Below are positions 1 to 10,019 of a stretch of 64,000 nucleotides of DNA, piece after piece. The DNA comes from a virus. Taxonomy: Duplodnaviria > Caudoviricetes. Numbering within the stretch: the first letter of the stretch is position 1; every line of letters begins with the position of its first letter. Location: IMG/VR virus record IMGVR_UViG_3300006851_000007, positions 32,001-96,000 of that record, one strand, 5' to 3'. The notes under the pieces are model-generated. The model was not told where the DNA came from and made no database searches. It saw only the letters and a program-made list of their open reading frames with translations. The translations under genes were made by a program, and so were the position numbers.

Positions 1-58
1 TGTCCTGTCTGGCTACCTTAACTAAAACGCTCATCTCTAACACCAAGGTGAAATTAAA

Positions 59-1276
59 GTGATTACTTCAATTGGAGAATATATTATATCAAAAGCTATC
101 GTAGATCGCTCTAAAATACCATTTGAAGCTTACTCTAAAGTGGCGCCCCTTACTAAAGAATTTTATGAAATCGGGTCAGCCCTGTCGAAGATAAACACAG
201 ACGAGCCCTTTTCCTGGATAGAAGCAGTCAGCAAGTTGTCCGATAGATTTATAGAGAAGGCACCGTCTGGGCTGCAGAATGATCCTCTGTTTGAATACCT
301 GGAGGATAGAGGGTATGTAATGATTAGCGATCCTGCGACTGATTGGTATGAAGAATTTTTGCTTCGCAATACTGATATGGTGGTCGAGATAAAGGATGGG
401 GATGATTATGTTGCATCGATCAGTCTTCCTGGAGGCGTTGTTTACGTCATGGGTGATAGTAAAAAAGATTCGAGGGGTAAAAACCCGATGGTTGGGAAGA
501 GGTTTTACTATCCAGAGGATGAGGATGCTCGCAAAAAGGTGTATGAATCAATCGGCGACCTTGTATGGAGAGATAAAACTGGTCTGTTTTTCGATGTTGA
601 CGATGAGGATTATATTGTCGAGAACTACAAGGCTCGCAACAATGAGTACTATGGCGAAGGGAGGGCCTTTGCTGATACATGGGGCAAGTATGTCGATGCC
701 GGAGTACGCAGGGTGGTTGTACTTCAAGGTGCCCCGGGCACTGGCAAGTCGACCCTGTGTTCATATGTTGCCAGGCAGATAAATTCCAGGATTGTTCATG
801 CAAGTCTAAATTTTATTAAAAATTGTCATGAGGGGAGCTGGTTTAGAATCATGGATGTTCTGAAGCCCAATCTTGTCATTGTAGATGATATTGACAGGAT
901 CCCGACACTATCACTTGAGAGAAAGTTGTATATGTTCGAGGAGGGTGTTTACGATGTACCTTTAACGATCTTTACAACAAATGACGACACAAAACTTCCA
1001 GATGCAATGAGGAGGCCTGGAAGGATCGATCAAATCATTGACATGCCAGAACCTCCGCGACAAGGAAAGATCAGCCTTATCGAAGGGTTTGCAAGAGATG
1101 TTGGCATAGAGGGAGATATACCCAAGGACAAAATGGACTATCTTATAAATGTTTTTGAAGTAGTAAGGTCTGGAGCTTATGTAAAGGAGTTACTAAAGAG
1201 ATATAAAGTTGAAGGGTGGGACTACGAGCTGGGCGTGTATGACAAGTCTTTCTGGGAAGTCGTGGAGAATAAGTGA
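59..1276 (+). CDS. AAA+ ATPase (classical AAA clade) with N-terminal domain of unknown function
   Basis: Walker A GAPGTGKST, Walker B VIVDDID, sensor TTN, second region of homology DAMRRPGRID. Confidence 0.85.
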   Translation: MITSIGEYIISKAIVDRSKIPFEAYSKVAPLTKEFYEIGSALSKINTDEPFSWIEAVSKLSDRFIEKAPSGLQNDPLFEYLEDRGYVMISDPATDWYEEFLLRNTDMVVEIKDGDDYVASISLPGGVVYVMGDSKKDSRGKNPMVGKRFYYPEDEDARKKVYESIGDLVWRDKTGLFFDVDDEDYIVENYKARNNEYYGEGRAFADTWGKYVDAGVRRVVVLQGAPGTGKSTLCSYVARQINSRIVHASLNFIKNCHEGSWFRIMDVLKPNLVIVDDIDRIPTLSLERKLYMFEEGVYDVPLTIFTTNDDTKLPDAMRRPGRIDQIIDMPEPPRQGKISLIEGFARDVGIEGDIPKDKMDYLINVFEVVRSGAYVKELLKRYKVEGWDYELGVYDKSFWEVVENK

Positions 1277-1277
1277 T

Positions 1278-4200
1278 ATGAGCATCATAGAGCTACACCT
1301 TCATACCAGGTATTCGGTAGGTGATGCCCTGCCATCATCGTGGGACTATGCCAGGGCGGCCGGAAGGGGGAGTGTTTTAGCTATCGTCGACCATGATAAT
1401 ATGGGGGGTATATACGCGCACAAGGCGGCGTGCGAGAAGTATGGTGTTAAGCCTATATATGGGGTTGAGATAACACTCGATGGTGGATACAGCCTGGTTC
1501 TTTTGGCTATGACAAACCGCGGCCTGGAGAACCTGTACGCCCTTCTAGGCACAGACAGGACCACCAAAGATTTACATAGGTACAGCAAGGACGTTATTGC
1601 CCTTAGCGGAAACATGACCTCTGCTCTTGCTGTACACTTTCTTAATGAAGATATGGAGGAGTTTCACGAAACCTTTGGTATATACAAGGATATTTTTGGT
1701 GACAGGTTTTTCCTTGAGATTATTGATCATAATATTGAGGAGCAGGGAAGGTATAACAAGTACCTGAAGAGCCTGGGATGGCAGACAGTAAAGACTAACG
1801 ATGTCCATTATCTTAATAAAGGTGATCACCCAAAACAGGCGGTATTGATATGCGACAGGCTGTCAAGAGTTGCTCTTGATCCGGAGGTGTTGGGTACAGG
1901 TATTGATGAGGCTTATCTGAAGCCACTACCTGATAACCCCAATGCTCAGAAAATCGCTGACATGTGCAATGTTACTCTTAGAGACTCTGGTATATTTTTG
2001 CCAGCATTTGAGATCCCCGAAGGGTTTAAAGATGAGGGGTCGTTTTTAAAGCACCTTGTCTGGAAGGGCTTAAAAGAGAGAGGATGCACCTCAAAAGAAT
2101 ACATAGATAGAGCAGCTCATGAAATTAGAGTTATCGAGGACATGGGCTTTATTGGGTACTTTCTTATTGTGTGGGACTTTATCGAGTTTGCCCACAAAAG
2201 CAATATACCTGTTGGCCCAGGCAGGGGATCTGGAGCAGGAAGCCTTGTGGCCTATGCTTTATATATAACAAATGTTGACCCCATAGAAGGCGGCCTCCTA
2301 TTTGAAAGGTTTTTAAATCCTGACCGCGTCTCAATGCCCGACTTTGATATCGACTTTTGTAGAGACGGCAGGTCCAGGGTTATTGAGTATGTCACAAGCA
2401 AGTACGGAGAGGATTGCGTTAGCGCCATTGGCACATATGGAGAACTAAAGCCGAGAGCTGCATGGAAGAGCGTGGCTAGAGTGCTGGGGATGCCTTTTGA
2501 TAGGCAAAACATGCTGTCAGGAGATCTTCCTGATCCTGTTGTAGATGACGCTAAATTAAAAGATATTTTTGACGATAGTGGCAATATCAGGGAGGAGTTG
2601 AAAGATAAGTACCCTGTGATGTATAGGGAGTCAAAAGATGATGATAAAGTCAGGCTCGTCAACAGGCTATCCACAGGTGTGGAGGGGGCTTATAAGAACA
2701 TAGGTCGCCATGCTGCAGGAATCCTCATCTCTGATGGTCCGGCAGAAAAATATATACCTGTGTGGCACATGGGCAAATACTCACCCATTGAATCTTCGGA
2801 TGATGGGATCAAGACAATGTCTCAGCTGGATATGCGAGATGCCGAAAGGGCGGGTCTTGTAAAGTTTGACTTCCTGGGGCTTATGGAATTAACAGTAATC
2901 GATTACGCAATCATGCTTATTAAGGAGGAGTATGGAATAGATATAAATATAAACGATATACCTAAGGACGATCCAAAGGTCTTCAAAATGCTGGCAGAGG
3001 GGGATACTCTTGGCACTTTCCAGATTGCAAGCCAGGGCATGACTGAATTTGTTAAAATACTTAAACCTGAAAGCCTCAACGACATCATCGCTGTAGTGGC
3101 TCTATACAGACCTGGCCCCATGGATTATGGCGATGGTATGCATCTTGAATACGCCAGAAGGAAAAACGGAGAAGCTCCGGTGACCTTCCTTCATGAGAAC
3201 CTCCGAGAAATTCTTGACGAGACATATGGGGTTATCGTCTATCAGGAACAGATTATGGAAATTGCCCGTAAGGTTGCAGGGTATAGTCTTGGGAAGGCTG
3301 ATATCCTAAGAAGGGCTATGGGTAAGAAGCATAAAGACGAGATGGACAGGGAGAAGGCAAACTTTTTAAGCGGAGCAAGGAGAAATGGCTATAGTGATGA
3401 TATAACCGAGGATCTGTGGGAGCAGATTTCTACCTTCAGTAGATATGGGTTTAACAAGTCTCATGCCGCTTCTTATGGGCTTATCACCTATCAAACAGCA
3501 TGGCTGAAAGCTAATTTCCCTGAGGAGTTGATGGCCGCTCAGATGCAGGTGAGGTCAAATAAGCTGGCTGTGGTAGCTGAATTTATACACAGCTCTGAAG
3601 GTGCGGGGCTGGAGGTTATGTATCCAGATGTTCAGATAGGTAATAAGAACTTTACAACAAAAAACAAGAAGATATATGCAGGCCTTAAATGCATCAGGGG
3701 TATTACGGAGGATGTTTGTGACCGCATAGAGAGGGAGGGGCCGTTCAAAAACCTTACTGAGTTTTTCACTAAAGTTAAGATTGGCAGGGGTGCTCTTAAG
3801 ACGTTGCTATACTCTGGAGCTCTGGATTCTCTTGTTGGGGCGACAACGCTAGAGAAGAAGGCTCAGTTCAGGTCTGATTTGTATAATCAGGCTGACAAAT
3901 TCCTTAACATCGGGAAGAGTGTAAACCCCGATCAGATGACGTTATTTCCGATGGACTTGACTCTACAGTACCGTTCGTGCGAACCAATGAGCATCGGTGA
4001 GATGCTTAAGAGGGAGAGGCATTACATGGGGCTGTATAGAAGCGCCCACCCTATTGAATTTAAGCGGAAGAGGTTGACAGACAGAGGTGGTATAACTATA
4101 AGTGAGGCCCTCTCTGGAGAAAAAGGGTCAGAGATCGAGGTGTGTGGGGTCATCATAGATATCAATGTCATAATTACAAAATCTAATGAATCTATGTGTT

Positions 4201-4376
4201 TTATAACCCTTGAGGATGAGACAGGACGGATGGATGTCACAGTCTTTCCAGACACATACTCGATGACCAACTTTCAGGAGGGCGACATATTAATGGCTGA
4301 AGTTAAACAAGAGCTGTACGAGGGTGATCTTAGCGCTCACCTCGTTAACTGGGAGGTTTTAGAATGGGATTTCTAG
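1278..4376 (+). CDS. dnaE: DNA polymerase III alpha subunit (family C)
   Basis: PHP start HLHTRYS, GPGRGSGAGSLVAY, RFLNPDRVSMPDFDIDF, KFDFLGL, YGFNKSHA, C-terminal OB fold; start moved to ATG 1278, just after the upstream stop. Confidence 0.97.
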   Translation: MSIIELHLHTRYSVGDALPSSWDYARAAGRGSVLAIVDHDNMGGIYAHKAACEKYGVKPIYGVEITLDGGYSLVLLAMTNRGLENLYALLGTDRTTKDLHRYSKDVIALSGNMTSALAVHFLNEDMEEFHETFGIYKDIFGDRFFLEIIDHNIEEQGRYNKYLKSLGWQTVKTNDVHYLNKGDHPKQAVLICDRLSRVALDPEVLGTGIDEAYLKPLPDNPNAQKIADMCNVTLRDSGIFLPAFEIPEGFKDEGSFLKHLVWKGLKERGCTSKEYIDRAAHEIRVIEDMGFIGYFLIVWDFIEFAHKSNIPVGPGRGSGAGSLVAYALYITNVDPIEGGLLFERFLNPDRVSMPDFDIDFCRDGRSRVIEYVTSKYGEDCVSAIGTYGELKPRAAWKSVARVLGMPFDRQNMLSGDLPDPVVDDAKLKDIFDDSGNIREELKDKYPVMYRESKDDDKVRLVNRLSTGVEGAYKNIGRHAAGILISDGPAEKYIPVWHMGKYSPIESSDDGIKTMSQLDMRDAERAGLVKFDFLGLMELTVIDYAIMLIKEEYGIDININDIPKDDPKVFKMLAEGDTLGTFQIASQGMTEFVKILKPESLNDIIAVVALYRPGPMDYGDGMHLEYARRKNGEAPVTFLHENLREILDETYGVIVYQEQIMEIARKVAGYSLGKADILRRAMGKKHKDEMDREKANFLSGARRNGYSDDITEDLWEQISTFSRYGFNKSHAASYGLITYQTAWLKANFPEELMAAQMQVRSNKLAVVAEFIHSSEGAGLEVMYPDVQIGNKNFTTKNKKIYAGLKCIRGITEDVCDRIEREGPFKNLTEFFTKVKIGRGALKTLLYSGALDSLVGATTLEKKAQFRSDLYNQADKFLNIGKSVNPDQMTLFPMDLTLQYRSCEPMSIGEMLKRERHYMGLYRSAHPIEFKRKRLTDRGGITISEALSGEKGSEIEVCGVIIDINVIITKSNESMCFITLEDETGRMDVTVFPDTYSMTNFQEGDILMAEVKQELYEGDLSAHLVNWEVLEWDF

Positions 4377-4951
4377 ATGGGTTGGATGAGGTTGATGAGG
4401 AGGGGGTATTGTCGTCAGTTATTGTGGAGGAGGTGTCCGGCAAGACGGTCAATGCTTCTGCAAGCAGGAGTTCAATTATTACATCCGACGAATCTATTTC
4501 AGTCACATTTGACAGAGAGGATATTGATAAGGATTTGATGGAATATGTCCGCAAGGGGTGTGTAAATATCGTAAAAGACCTGGAGGAGCTTAAGGGTATT
4601 GATTTGGAGATGGTGTTTATCGAGAAGGGTGATCCGATATACAATCTGGATAGAAGCGCTATGTTCCTAAAGAGCATAAGGATGGCTAATAGTAGCGGTC
4701 AGGAAGTTGAGGTACACCCGATCGTTGTCGCCAACCTGGCTCAGGCATTTGGCGCAGAGTCGCCAATACTAAAACCAGTGCCGGTATCAATGGTGAAGGC
4801 TATCGTATCTGATGACAAGGAGACGATTTCCCTGATAAGGGATAAAATTAAAGGGGAGATGTCGTTGTATGGAAGTGTTGACCACACCCCCACCTTCAAG
4901 TTTGTTTGGGGAACCCTTAAAAATAATGAGGTAATGGAATGGACTATTTAG
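4364..4951 (+). CDS. hypothetical protein
   Basis: 195-aa ORF overlapping both neighbours in the operon; no motif recognised. Confidence 0.7.
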   Translation: MGFLDGLDEVDEEGVLSSVIVEEVSGKTVNASASRSSIITSDESISVTFDREDIDKDLMEYVRKGCVNIVKDLEELKGIDLEMVFIEKGDPIYNLDRSAMFLKSIRMANSSGQEVEVHPIVVANLAQAFGAESPILKPVPVSMVKAIVSDDKETISLIRDKIKGEMSLYGSVDHTPTFKFVWGTLKNNEVMEWTI

Positions 4952-5808
4952 TAAAAGGTTTTATTAGACCTCAATACTTTGATGTTAAGTTTGGGAGGAA
5001 AAGGTGTGAATGGTTTGAAGAGGTGGTAAAAGCTAGCTCTAGGGATGAGGCAAGGGAGTTGGCCAGGTTTAGGGTCCAACAATCAAGCCTATCTCTCGTC
5101 ACAGTAGAGTCGGTGGAACCGCTGGGTGGAGAGGAGGTTAAGATTGCTTCCAGTAGTGTCCATATCCCAAATCTTGACTTGCCATGGTACGAGAACGAGA
5201 TCACCTTTTTTGATACTGAAACGACTGGTCTTAACCCAGAGACAGACCGAATAGTTGAGATCGGTTTTACAAGATACGACCGCGAGAAGAGAGCGTTCAT
5301 CGAATCTGAGTCGTATTTTATTAATGACGGAAAAGAGATACCTGCAGAGGCCACTAATATCCATGGTATAACGAATGAAATGATTGCAGACGCTCCGACT
5401 TTCGCGGAGGTGTTTGAGGAAGTATATCCGAAGTTAATTAGAGGGAGGCTGTTTATTGGATCTCACAACAGGGGTTTTGACATAGCCCACCTTCTGGCGT
5501 CTATGTTCAGGCACGATATAAGCGCCCACATCCCTCCAGTTCTATGCACCATGGAGATGGCTTTAAATAACAAGGATATAAGGACGAGAAACCACAGGCT
5601 GGAGACCTTGATTAATTATTTCAATCTGGATAATGTCAACTCTCACAGGGCTGGGGATGATGCACTATCTTCAGGTAGCGTATTTCTGGAGATGGCCCGT
5701 ATGAGCGGCTCTCCTTTTAGGAAAAAGGGGGCCACAGGACGAGATATCGTGGAGTATATCGATAGCTTTAGTTGGTCTGGTGATGAGCAGTCTAGAGGGG
5801 TTGTGTGA
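4939..5808 (+). CDS. DEDDh 3'-5' exonuclease (DnaQ/epsilon-like) with N-terminal extension
   Basis: ExoI FFDTETTG, ExoII HNRGFD, ExoIII HRAGDDA. Confidence 0.92.
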   Translation: MDYLVKGFIRPQYFDVKFGRKRCEWFEEVVKASSRDEARELARFRVQQSSLSLVTVESVEPLGGEEVKIASSSVHIPNLDLPWYENEITFFDTETTGLNPETDRIVEIGFTRYDREKRAFIESESYFINDGKEIPAEATNIHGITNEMIADAPTFAEVFEEVYPKLIRGRLFIGSHNRGFDIAHLLASMFRHDISAHIPPVLCTMEMALNNKDIRTRNHRLETLINYFNLDNVNSHRAGDDALSSGSVFLEMARMSGSPFRKKGATGRDIVEYIDSFSWSGDEQSRGVV

Positions 5809-6434
5809 ATATAATAACATGGGACCTTGAAACTGGAGGACTATCCCCTGATAGTGATGATATTGTTGAGATAGGTATGGTTATATCAGACGGTTTCGAT
5901 ATAACCAAAAGGGCAGGATGTTTTGTAGTACCAACAAAGGATATCCCCTCTGAAGCGGTTCGTATCCACGGGATTACAACAAAGATGGCTACGGACGAGG
6001 GGTTTAAGTGGAGTCAGGCTGGACCAAGATTTGCTAAGAGGCTTCACGATGCAGATGTGTGGTGCGGTTTCAATCTTGACTTCGATATAATGTTCGCAAG
6101 ACATTGCCTGAGGAAGATAGGCATTGATCTTGAAGACAGGCCTGTGATAGACCTATTTAAGATTGTCCAAAGGTACGTTCCGGCAGCAGTCTTACCGAGG
6201 AAAAATCTCGGCAAGGTTGCAGAATTCCTGGACGTACCTCTGGATAATGCTCATAGGGCTGTTGACGACTCAGTTGCAACACTGTATTCATTGCAGTCCC
6301 TGCTTGGTAAGCTGGGGATAACTCTGGATGATATTTTGTCTGGAAGGAGGTATCTTGGACCCTTAAATTATGGATCAGACCCATTCGAGAGTTTCTTTAA
6401 CGGTTTAATCGGTGGCATTAGGATGCGAGGATAA
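5805..6434 (+). CDS. second DEDDh 3'-5' exonuclease (DnaQ-like)
   Basis: WDLETGG, GFNLDFD, HRAVDDS. Confidence 0.92.
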   Translation: MNIITWDLETGGLSPDSDDIVEIGMVISDGFDITKRAGCFVVPTKDIPSEAVRIHGITTKMATDEGFKWSQAGPRFAKRLHDADVWCGFNLDFDIMFARHCLRKIGIDLEDRPVIDLFKIVQRYVPAAVLPRKNLGKVAEFLDVPLDNAHRAVDDSVATLYSLQSLLGKLGITLDDILSGRRYLGPLNYGSDPFESFFNGLIGGIRMRG

Positions 6435-6435
6435 T

Positions 6436-6822
6436 ATGAACAAAGCTATTATTATGGGTAATCTTGGCCAGGATGTTGAGCTGAAATCTGTTGGCGATAC
6501 CCAAGTGGCCAATTTCAGCGTGGCGACGAATGAGAGGTGGGTAGGAAAAGACGGAAAGCCTCAAGAGAGAACAGAGTGGCACTCGATTGTTGTCTGGGGG
6601 AAACAGGCTGAAAACTGTGCAAAGTTTTTAAGCAAGGGAAGCAAGGTGCTGGTTGAAGGCAATATCCAGACTCGCACATGGGATGACGCTGGAAGCAAGA
6701 GGTATAGAACCGAAATCAGGGCTCAGAATGTCCAATTCATCTCTACAGATAGAGGAGGAGGTTCTGGCGGCAATAAGGGTGGCGGGGGGACAGAGTTCTC
6801 TGATGATGATATCCCCTTTTAA
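6436..6822 (+). CDS. ssb: single-stranded DNA-binding protein
   Basis: MNKAIIMGNLGQD, ERTEWH, Gly-rich linker, acidic tail DDDIPF; ATG 6436 follows GAGG. Confidence 0.97.
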   Translation: MNKAIIMGNLGQDVELKSVGDTQVANFSVATNERWVGKDGKPQERTEWHSIVVWGKQAENCAKFLSKGSKVLVEGNIQTRTWDDAGSKRYRTEIRAQNVQFISTDRGGGSGGNKGGGGTEFSDDDIPF

Positions 6823-6839
6823 CAAAAAATAAATTACTA

Positions 6840-6848
6840 TGGTAAAAT
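6840..6848 (+). promoter_or_regulatory. extended -10-like element TGGTAAAAT
   Basis: Lies in an AT-rich intergenic gap; same or similar element recurs at 12463, 17707, 32745, 35584 and 57916 ahead of + strand units. Confidence 0.45.
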
Positions 6849-6876
6849 GCTCCCAGGATAAGAATGGGAGCTTACT

Positions 6877-7557
6877 GTGAAACTTAAAGCATCAGATAGG
6901 CCTCGTGCTGGCTTTATTTATGAGGACTCTACGGCGAGAAGCCTTAAAAGAAGAGGTCACAAAGTAAAGCAGATGCCGAGGAATGCTAAATACGATTTAA
7001 ATGTAAATGGAACTAAGGTGGAAGTTAAAGCCGCCGTAAAAACTAAATACAAAGGGTCGGACGGATACCCTATAGAGGGGTATGTTTTTAGTAATATGAA
7101 GAAGAACCCTAAGAATGATAAATATATTCTTAAGTGTCTGTCTCCAGACAGGAAAAGAACATTAAAAACCTATGAGATACCGTCAAGACTCGTTAAGCAG
7201 AAAACATTAACAATAACAGACAATGGAAAGTATGAGAAATTCAGAAAGTCTGCCTCACTCCGCAGGGCGGCCAGGAGGCTTAAATACGAGACCGTCGGTA
7301 GTCTAACTGGAGCTGCGCTTGCGATGGGTCCAGAGGGAATTGTGGAAGCGGGTAGGTCGTTTTTAGGCTTGCCGTACCGAGAGGAGTCTGTTAACTTCAG
7401 CCTTATCGTCCGAGGAGCAGTAGGGGCGACAATTGGAAGATATATTAGTTCTAATATTTTAAGGAGAAAGCAGCATGAAGAACGTCGTAGGGAAAATCAG
7501 CAGAGAAGAGGGATTAGAGCGGGATACGGTGCTCCGGGTCATCTCGGGGCTTTTTGA
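6877..7557 (+). CDS. putative PD-(D/E)xK nuclease-like domain followed by a Gly-rich hydrophobic tail
   Basis: E...YDLNVNGTKVEVK pattern; after RKSA comes GSLTGAALAMG..GAVGATIG. Confidence 0.5.
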   Translation: MKLKASDRPRAGFIYEDSTARSLKRRGHKVKQMPRNAKYDLNVNGTKVEVKAAVKTKYKGSDGYPIEGYVFSNMKKNPKNDKYILKCLSPDRKRTLKTYEIPSRLVKQKTLTITDNGKYEKFRKSASLRRAARRLKYETVGSLTGAALAMGPEGIVEAGRSFLGLPYREESVNFSLIVRGAVGATIGRYISSNILRRKQHEERRRENQQRRGIRAGYGAPGHLGAF

Positions 7558-7735
7558 AGCAATCGCCGATGCGGCCCATAAAGGAGAGGATTTCCGTGTG
7601 GGTAAATTTGGGCGATTCTCCCCGAGGGTCACTCCGGAGAAAGAGTACCGAAACCCCAGAACTGGAGAGATGGTGAGCGGCGGCGGCAATCTCAAGATTA
7701 GGTTCACCGCCTTTAAAGCTATGCTTGATCGCTAA
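7475..7735 (+). CDS. HU/IHF-family DNA-binding protein
   Basis: [24 protein letters not shown] signature, 86 aa. Confidence 0.9.
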   Translation: MKNVVGKISREEGLERDTVLRVISGLFEAIADAAHKGEDFRVGKFGRFSPRVTPEKEYRNPRTGEMVSGGGNLKIRFTAFKAMLDR

Positions 7736-7742
7736 TAAAAAC

Positions 7743-7758
7743 GGGGGCGCGAGCCCCC
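7743..7758. terminator. GC hairpin, possible terminator
   Basis: GGGGGC-GCGA-GCCCCC preceded by an A-run. Confidence 0.5.
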
Positions 7759-7773
7759 TTCGTAAGGATTAAC

Positions 7774-8550
7774 GTGAAGGAATATCTGGAGTTATTGGAA
7801 GATGTTCTAAACACCGGCGAAAAAAAAGAAGACCGGACCGGCACAGGTACTATAAGTAAATTTGGAGTGAGGGCAGAGTACGATCTGCAAAAAGGTTTTC
7901 CGGCGGTAACCACTAAATCTCTTTTTTTTAAGGGTGTCGTGGTGGAGCTCCTCTGGTTTCTAAGAGGGGACACAAATATTAAATTTCTAAAAGACAATAA
8001 TGTTAAAATTTGGGACGAATGGGCCGACCATAGAGGTAACCTTGGGCCTGTGTATGGACACCAATGGAGAAGTTGGGGCGATGACCAGATATATAAGGTC
8101 ATAAGGTCGATCAAAGAAAACCCCGACAGTAGAAGGCATATAGTTAGTGCCTGGAATGTGTCACAATTGCATCTCATGGCCTTACCTCCGTGCCACGTGA
8201 TGTTTCAGTTCTACGTCAGGGGAGGTGAATATCTTGACTGTCAAATGTACCAGAGAAGCGGAGACCTTTTTTTAGGAGTTCCGTTCAACGTCGCTTCGTA
8301 CAGTCTTTTAACCCACATGATTGCGTCTGTAACAGGCCTTACTCCAGGCCGATTTATCCACGTGATAGGAGATGCTCACATTTATAACAATCATATCGAC
8401 CAGGTAAAAACCCAGCTAGGAAGAAGCCCTATGGGTTTGCCAGAATTGCGCATGACTCACAGGGAGCATATAGATGAATTTACTGTTGATGATTTTTCTC
8501 TAATTGGTTACAAGCATCATCCCGCCATCAAGGCGCCAATTGCTGTATAA
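7774..8550 (+). CDS. thyA: thymidylate synthase
   Basis: [44 protein letters not shown]. Confidence 0.98.
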   Translation: MKEYLELLEDVLNTGEKKEDRTGTGTISKFGVRAEYDLQKGFPAVTTKSLFFKGVVVELLWFLRGDTNIKFLKDNNVKIWDEWADHRGNLGPVYGHQWRSWGDDQIYKVIRSIKENPDSRRHIVSAWNVSQLHLMALPPCHVMFQFYVRGGEYLDCQMYQRSGDLFLGVPFNVASYSLLTHMIASVTGLTPGRFIHVIGDAHIYNNHIDQVKTQLGRSPMGLPELRMTHREHIDEFTVDDFSLIGYKHHPAIKAPIAV

Positions 8551-8559
8551 GGAGCTAAA

Positions 8560-9021
8560 ATGTCTTATTCGATTATTGTGGCAAAGTCAGAAAATGGGGT
8601 AATTGGTAAAGACAACACCTTACCGTGGCACATCCCTGTGGACCTGTTGAGGTTTAAGGAAATTACGTCAGGTAAGACTGTTATCATGGGCAGAAAAACT
8701 TATGAGTCTATTGGACAACCCCTACCCGGCAGGAGGAATGTTGTTATAAGTAAGACTATGGGTGACACTGAAGGGGTAGAGGTTGTGCGCTCATTCGAGG
8801 AGGCTGTAAATCTCACAAAGGGGGAAAAAGAGGTATTTTTGTGTGGTGGGGAAGATGTGTACAGAAGAGGTCTTGATGTTTCCAATAAGATTTATATGAC
8901 CACTGTCGATGGTGAGTTTGACGGAGATAGGAAATTCCCAGATATTAATCCACATGACTGGAACGTTACCTATTGGGAGAACCAGGCTGATCATAGCTTC
9001 TTTATTCTCGAAAGGGTGTGA
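8560..9021 (+). CDS. folA: dihydrofolate reductase
   Basis: NGVIGKDNTLPWHIPVDL, VIMGRKTYESIG, PLPGRRNVV, GG motif. Confidence 0.97.
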   Translation: MSYSIIVAKSENGVIGKDNTLPWHIPVDLLRFKEITSGKTVIMGRKTYESIGQPLPGRRNVVISKTMGDTEGVEVVRSFEEAVNLTKGEKEVFLCGGEDVYRRGLDVSNKIYMTTVDGEFDGDRKFPDINPHDWNVTYWENQADHSFFILERV

Positions 9022-9022
9022 C

Positions 9023-9478
9023 ATGTATATCGGAATTGTAGGAAAGTCAGGTGTAGGCAAAACGACTGCTGCCAGGTTTATCGAGGATATGTATGAGGTC
9101 ACCAGGGCTGTATTCTCCGACTTAATGTCGGACACACACCCTGCGACCATCAGTCTTACCTCTGGTTTTACTCGCTCAGATTGCGCACCCGGATATATAA
9201 AAGTTGATGAGGGCATCTGGGTTGACGGTGCGACCCATAATCTTTTCAAGGTTGCTGGAGGGGTTGTGATAGATGGCTGCAGGTCTGACAGAGAGGTTGA
9301 ATACATCAAGAAAATGGGGGGCGTCGTAATAGGTATTACAAGGCCGGGGGTATCAACATATGATTGCAGTATCCCAACCCCCGCTGGGTGTGAGCTAAAT
9401 CATGACATTCTTAACTTTGGGACAAAAGAAGACCTGTATCTTGCGATTGAAGGGATAGTAGATGAGCATTATGGATGA
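9023..9478 (+). CDS. deoxynucleoside monophosphate kinase-like P-loop protein
   Basis: IGIVGKSGVGKTT, VVIDGCR..EVEYIKKMGG; start moved to ATG 9023. Confidence 0.75.
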   Translation: MYIGIVGKSGVGKTTAARFIEDMYEVTRAVFSDLMSDTHPATISLTSGFTRSDCAPGYIKVDEGIWVDGATHNLFKVAGGVVIDGCRSDREVEYIKKMGGVVIGITRPGVSTYDCSIPTPAGCELNHDILNFGTKEDLYLAIEGIVDEHYG

Positions 9479-10019
9479 GGTAAAAAAGGAGGGTGTAGTG
9501 ATTGCCAGAAAGGGGGACTGGCAGGTATGGTGGCACTATATTGTTCCTGTATTCTGGGCTATTGCAGGACTTTTATTCCCTCGGGAGAAAAAGAATTTCG
9601 AGGAAAGGGCTATTATTAATCTTGGTAAACATATTTATTTTAATGACCCAGACCATGTGAATGCTAACCTACCAAGATACAGGCCAACATTCGTGCATGA
9701 GTTGGTACATATCAAGGACAACAAGAGGAGGCCACTGTTTTACAAGATTACATACGTGTTGTCTAAAAAATGGAGGTGCTACTGGGAGTTTAGAGCCTAT
9801 AGCCAAGAGATGGTCTTTCGCTATAAGGACGGAGAGATACCTCCAGATTATATTGATTTCCTGGTCGAGGTTTTTAGAGATAGTTTTTATTTTAAAATGC
9901 ACGACAATATCAGGCCGGCATTTGAAAGGGTGGCCGATCTTGCCAGTAATGGTAAAATATCTCTTTTCGAGTTCCCCGAAGAGTTTGAAGTAATTGCAAA
10001 AGAGGAAATATTCTCATGA
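9462..10019 (+). CDS. putative zinc metallopeptidase with a hydrophobic N-terminal segment
   Basis: HELVH (HExxH) followed by WEFRAY. Confidence 0.6.
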   Translation: MSIMDEVKKEGVVIARKGDWQVWWHYIVPVFWAIAGLLFPREKKNFEERAIINLGKHIYFNDPDHVNANLPRYRPTFVHELVHIKDNKRRPLFYKITYVLSKKWRCYWEFRAYSQEMVFRYKDGEIPPDYIDFLVEVFRDSFYFKMHDNIRPAFERVADLASNGKISLFEFPEEFEVIAKEEIFS

